Below, in pieces: positions 6,560 to 14,200 of a stretch of 16,639 bases of DNA. How positions within the stretch are numbered: position 1 is the stretch's first letter; each line of letters begins with the position of its first letter. The notes beneath the pieces were generated by a model, which was not told the origin of the DNA, ran no database searches, and worked only from the letters and a program-made list of their open reading frames with translations. Origin of the DNA: Bacteroidia bacterium (GTDB lineage: Bacteria; Bacteroidota; Bacteroidia; Bacteroidales; VadinHA17); assembly GCA_026391215.1 (NCBI GenBank), contig JAPLDX010000063.1:1-16639 (forward strand), read 5' to 3'. A program made the position numbers and the translations under genes.

Positions 6560-7594
6560 TTATTCCCAATTAAGGATGACTTTTCCGCAGTTCCCTTCTT
6601 CCATTATATCGAAACCCTTCTGAAAATCGTCAATATGAAAACGGTGCGTGATGACCGGATTCAGATCAATGCCTCCCAGTATCATCTGTTCCATTTTGTA
6701 CCAGGTCTCCCACATCTCTCTTCCATATATTCCTTTAAGTGTAATTGCTTTGAAGATAATGTCACTCCATGGAACTTCAAAGTTCGAAGGAAGAATTCCG
6801 AGCAATGATATACTTGAACCGTTATACATATTGGTTATCATTTCGATAAATGCTTTTGGAGAGCCTGACATTTCAAGTCCCACATCAAATCCTCTCATCC
6901 CCAGCTTCTTAACTGCATCAGAGATCTTTTCTCCCTTTGAAGGATTGATTGTAAGTGTTGCTCCCATTTTTTTCGCAATATCAAGACGGTAATCGCTAAG
7001 ATCGCTGGCTACAATAAATCTTGCACCTGAGAATCTGGCAATTGCAATAGCCATGCTTCCGATTAGTCCTGTTCCTGTTATCAGAACATCTTCTCCAAGG
7101 AGAGGGAAGGAAAGCGCAGTATGAGTCGCATTACCGAACGGATCCATTATAGCTGCCCATTCATCGGGGATCCTGTGGTCGAGTAGTACAATATTTGCTG
7201 CAGGTATTTTAACATATTCGGCAAAAGAGCCATCAATATTTACACCAATCCCGACGGAATTTTCGCAAACATGCTCTTTTCCGCGGCGGCAATTCCTGCA
7301 ATGACCGCAGGCCAGATGACCTTCACCGGTGACACGGTCACCTGCTTTAAGATTAGCTACACCGGCACCGGTTTTTTCAATATAACCCATATATTCATGA
7401 CCAATCACCATAGGAGTCTTTATGGTTTTCTGTGACCAGGCATCCCATTTATAAATATGAAGATCTGTACCGCAAATGGCTGATTTCTTTACTTTTACGA
7501 TTACGTCATTCAATCCCGGTTCGGGGACAGGAACTTCTTCCATCCATAAGCCTCTTTCCGGCCGGGCTTTCACCAGGGCTTTCATTTTCTTCAT
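6560..7594 (-). CDS. tdh: L-threonine 3-dehydrogenase (Zn-dependent MDR family)
   Basis: MKALVK, AICGTDLHIYKWDAWSQKTI, GHEY, GEGHLACGHCRNCRRGKEHVC, DPFGNATHTAL, GIYGREMWETWYKM, GKVILNW. The start is placed at 7594 (or 7585) rather than 7639 because a promoter motif lies at 7612-7619. Confidence 0.93.
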   Translation of the reverse strand: MKKMKALVKARPERGLWMEEVPVPEPGLNDVIVKVKKSAICGTDLHIYKWDAWSQKTIKTPMVIGHEYMGYIEKTGAGVANLKAGDRVTGEGHLACGHCRNCRRGKEHVCENSVGIGVNIDGSFAEYVKIPAANIVLLDHRIPDEWAAIMDPFGNATHTALSFPLLGEDVLITGTGLIGSMAIAIARFSGARFIVASDLSDYRLDIAKKMGATLTINPSKGEKISDAVKKLGMRGFDVGLEMSGSPKAFIEMITNMYNGSSISLLGILPSNFEVPWSDIIFKAITLKGIYGREMWETWYKMEQMILGGIDLNPVITHRFHIDDFQKGFDIMEEGNCGKVILNWE

Positions 7595-7611
7595 ATGGTT
7601 GTATTTTTCAA

Positions 7612-7619
7612 CAAAGTTA
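7612..7619 (-). promoter_or_regulatory. Bacteroidota sigma-A -7 element for tdh
   Basis: Minus strand reads TAACTTTG, matching TAnnTTTG. TTTG copies lie upstream at 7637-7640 and 7647-7650, at non-canonical spacing. Confidence 0.6.
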
Positions 7620-7682
7620 ATACAATTATGCTGTATCAAAGTCTGACAAATGCCATACTATTAATATATATCACGGTTTACA

Positions 7683-7690
7683 TATCTTTG
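7683..7690 (+). promoter_or_regulatory. Bacteroidota sigma-A -7 element for gltX
   Basis: TATCTTTG (followed by CA) 26 bp upstream of the gltX ATG. Confidence 0.65.
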
Positions 7691-7716
7691 CATAATCTTA
7701 ATCAGAATTTCAGCTT

Positions 7717-9234
7717 ATGCAGCAAGTTCGCGTTCGTTTTGCCCCGAGTCCTACCGGCCCTCTACACATAGGAGGCGTGAGGACAGCCCTCTATAATTAC
7801 CTCTTTGCGAAAAAGAATAAAGGTATTTTCATCCTGAGGATTGAAGACACTGACCAGACAAGATTTGTTGAAGGCGCCGAGGAATATATTATGGAATCCC
7901 TGAAATGGTGCGGAATGAAAATCGATGAAGGGATCATTGAGGGAGGAAATTACGGTCCTTACCGTCAGAGTGACAAAAAACTTCAGTACAGGCAATATGC
8001 CGACATGCTGATGAATAATGGAGATGCATATTATGCTTTTGATACTCCCGGGAAGCTCGAAGAGCTTAGGATAAGCGCTGAAAGAGAAGGGAATGCATTT
8101 ATTTATAATGCATCAATCAGGGATAATATGCGCAATTCATTATCAATGCCTGAAAGCAAATGGAAAGAACTTCTTGAAAAAGAAGAGCCTTATGTCATAC
8201 GTTATAAAATGCCCCTGAACGAGGATGTTCATTGTGATGATATGATCCGCGGGCACATAGTGGTAAACACCAGCACACTTGATGATAAGGTGCTTATTAA
8301 AGCAGACGGGATGCCGACTTATCACCTTGCACATCTTGTCGATGATCACCTGATGAAAATAAGCCATGTGATCCGCGGTGAAGAATGGCTGCCTTCGCTG
8401 CCGCTGCATTTTTTGCTTTACCGCTCTTTCGGATGGGAAAAGCCTCTGTTTGCACACCTTCCTCTTCTTCTTAAGCCGGATGGAAAGGGAAAACTAAGCA
8501 AACGAGATGGCGATAAGATGGGATTTCCTGTATTCCCTCTCTTCTGGCCCTATGGAGAAACTGCCAAAGGGTACAGGGAAGAAGGATATTATCCTGAAGC
8601 TTTTGTAAATATGCTGGCACTGCTGGGCTGGAATCCGGGAACAGAACAGGAGATCTTCACCATGGATGAGCTGATAAATGCTTTTTCAATTGAGAGAGTC
8701 CATAAATCAGGCTCCCGGTTTGATCCCGAAAAAGCCAAATGGTTCAACCACCATTATCTGCAGTTAAGGAGCAATAATGAGCTTGCCCTTGAATTCAGGG
8801 ATTATCTGAGAGCACAGGGTTATCATCACGATATTGGTGATCTTGAAGCCATAATTAGCCTGGTTAAAGAAAGAGTGAGCTTTGTCAAGGATATCTGGCG
8901 TGAAACGGATTTCTTTTTCAAAAGTCCGGATGTCTATGACAAGGAGGTTATAAAGAAGCGGTGGAAGCCAGAAACTCCGGCACAACTGCTTGAACTTAAG
9001 GCATTTCTGGACGAAAGGGACACATTTACTCCCCAAATCACCGAGCAGGCTGTCAAGGGCTGGATAGAGAAAAAGGAATATAATACCGGCGATGTCATGA
9101 ATGCTTTCAGACTGGTCATTGTCGGAGCATCACGAGGCCCTCACCTTTTTGACATTATTTCCTTTATCGGGAAGGAGGAGACGCTCATGCGTATTGAAAA
9201 AGGAATTGCTGTCATTGGAAATAAGGTACAATGA
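7717..9234 (+). CDS. gltX: Glutamate--tRNA ligase
   Basis: VRVRFAPSPTGPLHIGG, LRIEDTDQTR, ISHVIRGEEWL, KLSKRDG, and C-terminal anticodon domain SRGPHLFDI. Confidence 0.97.
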   Translation: MQQVRVRFAPSPTGPLHIGGVRTALYNYLFAKKNKGIFILRIEDTDQTRFVEGAEEYIMESLKWCGMKIDEGIIEGGNYGPYRQSDKKLQYRQYADMLMNNGDAYYAFDTPGKLEELRISAEREGNAFIYNASIRDNMRNSLSMPESKWKELLEKEEPYVIRYKMPLNEDVHCDDMIRGHIVVNTSTLDDKVLIKADGMPTYHLAHLVDDHLMKISHVIRGEEWLPSLPLHFLLYRSFGWEKPLFAHLPLLLKPDGKGKLSKRDGDKMGFPVFPLFWPYGETAKGYREEGYYPEAFVNMLALLGWNPGTEQEIFTMDELINAFSIERVHKSGSRFDPEKAKWFNHHYLQLRSNNELALEFRDYLRAQGYHHDIGDLEAIISLVKERVSFVKDIWRETDFFFKSPDVYDKEVIKKRWKPETPAQLLELKAFLDERDTFTPQITEQAVKGWIEKKEYNTGDVMNAFRLVIVGASRGPHLFDIISFIGKEETLMRIEKGIAVIGNKVQ

Positions 9235-9914
9235 ATCTCCCCGGAAGAGACGACTATATCAATATTCATACACATGAAGCCAGGCCCTGTCCCGGTGTTT
9301 TCCTAGTTGATAACATCATGGCACATGAGAACAGGATTCCGGAACAGACCAATGGGCTGGCATTTACTTTCGGCATACATCCCTGGTACTTAAATGAAGG
9401 CAATCATGATCATCTGATTACAGAGGTGGCAAAATCGGCTTTACTTCCGTCAGTTATTGCATTGGGAGAAGCTGGATTTGACAGGATAAAAGGCCCGTCA
9501 CCGGAGCTTCAGCGCAGTACATTTGAAAGACAAATATTAATTGCGGAAGAAAACAGAAAACCTGTTGTTATCCACTGTGTCAGGGCTTGGGATGAACTGC
9601 TCCGGGCTCATAAAAGGATGAATCCCGGGATGCCATGGCTGGTGCATGGATTCAGGGGTAACAAGGATCTTGCCGCACAGCTTATTTCAAAGGGCATGTA
9701 TCTCTCGTTCTGGTTCGATTTTATTTTAAAGCCGGAATCATCGACACTGGTAAGAGACCTGCCAAAAGAGAGGATGTTTCTTGAAACCGACGGCGCAGAA
9801 GTTGACATAAAAGATATATATAATAAGGTATCGGACGATCTGAAAATATCTGTTGAAGAACTTAAAACATATATTTATTCTAACTTTTACAAATTCTTTA
9901 ATATAAACCCTTAA
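9231..9914 (+). CDS. tatD: TatD-family metal-dependent hydrolase/nuclease
   Basis: NIHTH, GIHPW, LGEAGFD, IHCVRA, VHGF, FLETD. Overlaps the gltX stop by ATGA. Confidence 0.88.
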   Translation: MNLPGRDDYINIHTHEARPCPGVFLVDNIMAHENRIPEQTNGLAFTFGIHPWYLNEGNHDHLITEVAKSALLPSVIALGEAGFDRIKGPSPELQRSTFERQILIAEENRKPVVIHCVRAWDELLRAHKRMNPGMPWLVHGFRGNKDLAAQLISKGMYLSFWFDFILKPESSTLVRDLPKERMFLETDGAEVDIKDIYNKVSDDLKISVEELKTYIYSNFYKFFNINP

Positions 9915-9919
9915 ATGAA

Positions 9920-10642
9920 ATGGATGCCTGGTTGTCCAGAACGGAATTACTACTTGGTAAGGAGAAACTTACAAAGCTTAAATCCTCAAATGTTCTTATC
10001 GTTGGACTGGGCGGGGTGGGTGCATTTGCTGCGGAAATGATCTGCAGGGCAGGTATCGGTTCAATGACAGTTGCAGATGGCGACACTGTACATGCTTCCA
10101 ACCGGAACAGGCAGCTTCTAGCTCTTAAAAGCACAGAGGATATTGCAAAGACAGAAATAATGCGTTCCAGGCTTTTGGATATAAATCCCGGTCTTAATCT
10201 TACGGTTATAAATGAATATATCAGGGATGAAAGGATGATCGAAATACTGGATGCCGGATTTGATTATGTCGTTGATGCTATTGATACTCTCTCTCCCAAA
10301 GTATTCCTTATATATCACTCTCTGAAGAGAAAATACCCTGTAGTAAGCTCGATGGGTTCCGGTGGGAAATATGATCCGCTGAGAATAGATATTAAAGATA
10401 TTTCTGAAACCACGGATTGTCCTCTGGCCAGGATACTCCGAAAAAGGCTTCACCGGCTGGGTGTAAGAGAAGGATTTACCGCAGTATATTCCCCTGAGGC
10501 ACCAGACAAAGCAAAAGTTATCCCGGTTTCAGGTGAACCTAATAAAGCCTCAGTTGTCGGGACGATCTCCTACATGCCAGCAGCATTCGGGATCGCCTGT
10601 GCATCAGTGGTTATCAGGGATCTTGCAGAAATTTCAAGATAG
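9920..10642 (+). CDS. tcdA: tRNA threonylcarbamoyladenosine dehydratase (ThiF/E1-like)
   Basis: SRTELLLG, VGLGGVG, DGDTVHASNRNRQ, DYVVDAID, SSMGSGGKYDP, CPLARILRKRL, GTISYMPAAFG. Confidence 0.9.
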   Translation: MDAWLSRTELLLGKEKLTKLKSSNVLIVGLGGVGAFAAEMICRAGIGSMTVADGDTVHASNRNRQLLALKSTEDIAKTEIMRSRLLDINPGLNLTVINEYIRDERMIEILDAGFDYVVDAIDTLSPKVFLIYHSLKRKYPVVSSMGSGGKYDPLRIDIKDISETTDCPLARILRKRLHRLGVREGFTAVYSPEAPDKAKVIPVSGEPNKASVVGTISYMPAAFGIACASVVIRDLAEISR

Positions 10643-10737
10643 GGAACCTGCCTTGTCTCAGCAATTTGAAGTATTAAAAACCATTTTGATTCAACTTGTA
10701 AATCAGATCTTTATATTTTATTACAAAACTTATTTAC

Positions 10738-10745
10738 TATATTTG
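10738..10745 (+). promoter_or_regulatory. Bacteroidota -7 element for the leader ORF / metal-efflux operon
   Basis: TATATTTG 12 bp upstream of ATG 10758, in an AT-rich intergenic stretch. Confidence 0.55.
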
Positions 10746-10757
10746 TGTTTTATTGTA

Positions 10758-11150
10758 ATGAGCAAGATTATTAATAAGATAGGTGTCTGTTTCTTGTGGC
10801 TGGCTGGTTTGGTCCTGTGTGCCCATCTTATCATTCCTCATGACCATCATATATCTGATGCATCTGTAATTGAGGATGAGAATTGTCCTGCATCAGAGAG
10901 AGAATCCAGCCATCACCAAGGTTTGCCTGACCATTGTCATGCTTTTAATGATCTGGTCTCAGAAAAGTTCAGGGTTTATCATATTCTTCCTGATATTCAA
11001 TATAACCTGAATGCATTCATCAGACCGTCTGATGAAAATGCATCCGATTTACCTGTTTACTGTGTAGGAATTATTGACCTGCAAAAGCCGTTTATCGATT
11101 CTTATGCTCTTGAATTATCTCTGTTAAGAGCACCTCCCTCCCTGGCTTAA
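10758..11150 (+). CDS. Small His/Cys-rich protein with N-terminal hydrophobic helix and C-terminal RAPP motif (130 aa); candidate leader/arrest peptide
   Basis: MSKIINKIGVCFLWLAGLVLCAHLIIPHDHH...SSHHQGLPDHCHAFN...LLRAPPSLA*. The start is moved from 10533 to ATG 10758 because the upstream extension overlaps tcdA and the promoter motif. Confidence 0.75.
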   Translation: MSKIINKIGVCFLWLAGLVLCAHLIIPHDHHISDASVIEDENCPASERESSHHQGLPDHCHAFNDLVSEKFRVYHILPDIQYNLNAFIRPSDENASDLPVYCVGIIDLQKPFIDSYALELSLLRAPPSLA

Positions 11151-11176
11151 TACCATTCATTCTGCATTTTCATTCA

Positions 11177-11195
11177 AGGGATTTTAGAAATCCCT
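11177..11195 (+). promoter_or_regulatory. Short hairpin between leader ORF and czcA
   Basis: AGGGATTT-TAG-AAATCCCT is a perfect 8-bp inverted repeat. It has no U-tract. Confidence 0.4.
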
Positions 11196-11253
11196 GCAAT
11201 CATCATTATGCATATCTGTTTCGTTTCGATGTTTATTAATAAATTATATTAAA

Positions 11254-14200
11254 ATGATAGACCGGATAATCTCCTTTTCAATCAGGAATAAGTTCATTAT
11301 CGGATTATTCATTTTGGCAATAATAGGATGGGGAACCTACTCATTATCAAGACTGCCAATTGATGCCATACCGGATATTACAAATAACCAGGTGCAGGTA
11401 ATTTCTCTGGCACCTTCATTAGCGGTTCAGGAAGTAGAGAGCTTTATTACAGCTCCAATCGAAGTTTCTGTGGCCAATATCCCGGATATTATTGAACTCC
11501 GCTCTATCTCAAGGCTGGGATTATCTGTTGTTACTGTAGTGTTTGAAGATGGAGTGGATGTATATTGGGCAAGACAGCAGCTTAGTGAGCGTTTGAAAGA
11601 GGCTGAAGAGTCCATTCCGTCTGGTTTGGCACAAATATCTCTGGCTCCTGTCTCTTCAGGATTAGGAGAAATATTTCAATACCGGCTGGCGGTGGAGAAA
11701 GGACATGAAGAAGAGTTTAATCCAATGGAGCTCAGAACAATCCAGGATTGGATTGTGCGACGCGAAATGCTTGGGACGACCGGTGTTGCAGATATAAACA
11801 GCTATGGCGGATTTGTCAAGCAATACGAAATAGCTGTGAATCCTGAAAGACTCAGAGGCATGAACTTATCATTAACGGATATTTTCAATGCCCTGGAAAG
11901 GAACAATGAAAATACGGGCAGCGCTTATATTGATAAAAATCCGACTGCTTATTTTATAAGGGGTATCGGATTGGTTAAATCTCTTGAGGACATTGAAAAG
12001 ATTGTCGTTAAGACCACTGATTCTGGAGTTCCTGTACTGGTCAGGGATATTGCAACAGTGCAGCTTGGCAGTGCAACCAGGTATGGTGCTTTTGTTGTTG
12101 ATACCGCAGAAGCTGTCGGAGGTGTTGTAATGATGCTGAAAGGCGCAAATGCACATCAGGTTATTGATAATGTGGAAAAACGAATTGAGTCAATTCAAAA
12201 ATCGTTGCCGGAAGAAGTCAGGATTGAGCCTTTTCTTAATCGCTCTGATCTGGTGGGGCGTGCTATTGGAACTGTTTCAAGAAACCTGATTGAAGGTGCA
12301 TTAATTGTAGTTTTCATCCTTGTTTTATTACTGGGAAATATGCGGGCCGGGCTTATTGTAGCATCGGTCATCCCGCTTTCAATGCTTTTTGCTGTTTCAA
12401 TGATGAATCTTTTTGGAGTGTCTGGCAACCTGATGAGCCTGGGAGCCATTGACTTCGGATTGATAGTTGACGGTGCCGTAATCATTGTTGAAAGTGTTGT
12501 TCACAGGATTTCCATGAGCGAACATCACCATCCTGGAGTTTTGAGGCTGAACCAGGAGCAAATGGATGAAAATGTTCTTGATTCAGCAAAACGGATGATG
12601 AACTCAGCAACCTTCGGACAGATAATTATATTGATTGTATACCTGCCAATAATGGCACTTGTAGGTATTGAAGGGAAAATGTTCCGGCCAATGGCACAGG
12701 TAGTTACTTTTGCACTGATCGGGGCTGCAATATTATCACTTACATACGTGCCCATGGCCTCTGCCTTATTCTTAAGCAAGAGAACAAGTCATAAAACAAA
12801 TTTTTCTGACCGGTTATTGGATTGGATCCGTAAGATTTTCAATCCTGTAATTGTTTTTGCACTTAAAAGAAAACTTCTTGTTACGGTTTCTGCAATAGTT
12901 CTGTTCTTATTTAGCTTGTTCTTATTCGGCCGTCTGGGAGGTGAATTTATTCCTCAACTCGAAGAAGGCGACCTTGCATCAAGTGTTATAACTCTTCAGG
13001 GAGGATCGTTGACTCACACAGTTGATAATGTCATTAAAGCAAACAAAATTTTACTTGAAAATTTCCCGGAGATAAAACATGCAGTTTGTAAAATAGGAGC
13101 TGGAGAGATTCCAACAGATCCTACTCCCATGGAAACTGGTGATTATGTCATTACCCTTAAAGATAAAAGTGAATGGGTTTCAGCTTCTAATCGCGAAGAA
13201 CTTGTAAGTAAAATGGAAGAAAGTTTAATCCCTCTTGCAGGCGTAAAATTTGAGTTCCAACAACCTATACAGATGAGGTTTAATGAACTGATGACTGGTT
13301 CTAAACAAGATATTGCCATTAAAATATTTGGAGATGATTTAGCTGTATTATCTGAAAAAGCTGCTGATGTCGAAAAAGTTATTCAGACAATTGCCGGAGT
13401 TCAGGATATTAATGTAGAGAAAGTAACTGGTCTTGCACAGATACAGGTAGAATACAACCGGGATCGTCTGGCACAATATGGTCTTTCTGTAGAAAATATA
13501 AATCAGGTTTTGCGTGCAGCTTTTGCCGGCAGCCAGGCAGGCGTGGTTTATGATGAAGAAAAGAGGTTTGGACTGGTAGTTCGTCTCGACAAAGATTACA
13601 GACAGAGCCTTGATGATGTAAAGAACCTTACTGTAGCTCTTGCTGACGGACATCAGATACCTTTTGATCAGGTAGCTGACATTTCAATTAAATCAGGTCC
13701 CGCTCAGGTTTCGCGGGAAAATACAAAACGAAGGATAACAATAGGATTCAATGTCCGTAACCGTGATATAAAAAGTGTTATAAATGATGTTGAAGAGCAG
13801 CTTGACCAGAAAATTCAATTACCTGCCGGATATTACATTTCTTACGGTGGCCAGTTCAGGAACCTTGAGGCAGCTCAGAAAAGACTTTCCATAGCAGTTC
13901 CTGTTGCACTCCTGTTGATTTTCGTCTTGTTATATTTCACATTTCATTCTGCGAAACAATCTCTCCTGATCTTTACCGCAGTTCCAATGTCGGCAATCGG
14001 CGGTATTTTTGCCCTCTGGATACGGGGAATGAACTTTTCAATATCTGCAGGTGTCGGTTTTATTGCATTATTTGGGGTTGCTGTTCTGAATGGAATTGTG
14101 CTCATTGCAGAGTTTAACCGACTCGAAAAGGAAGGAGTTGCAGATATAACAGAGCGTGTGCTTAAAGGACTAAAGATAAGGTTGCGTCCCGTAATTATGA

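Noticed and set aside
1-7594. Functional link between B12-dependent NrdJ and Tdh-derived aminoacetone/aminopropanol for cobalamin
   Set aside because: The genes are convergent, no cob/cbi genes are present, and the established aminopropanol route uses threonine phosphate (PduX/CobD). Adjacency alone is insufficient.
7595-7639. ORF-track N-terminal extension of tdh
   Set aside because: It overlaps a TAnnTTTG promoter motif, and Tdh similarity begins at MKALVK.
10533-10757. ORF-track 75-aa N-terminal extension of the leader protein
   Set aside because: It overlaps tcdA in another frame and crosses the AT-rich promoter region. ATG 10758 gives a sensible signal-like N-terminus.
11177-11195. Intrinsic terminator
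   Set aside because: The stem is AT-rich, has a 3-nt loop and lacks a following U-tract. It is kept only as a possible regulatory hairpin.
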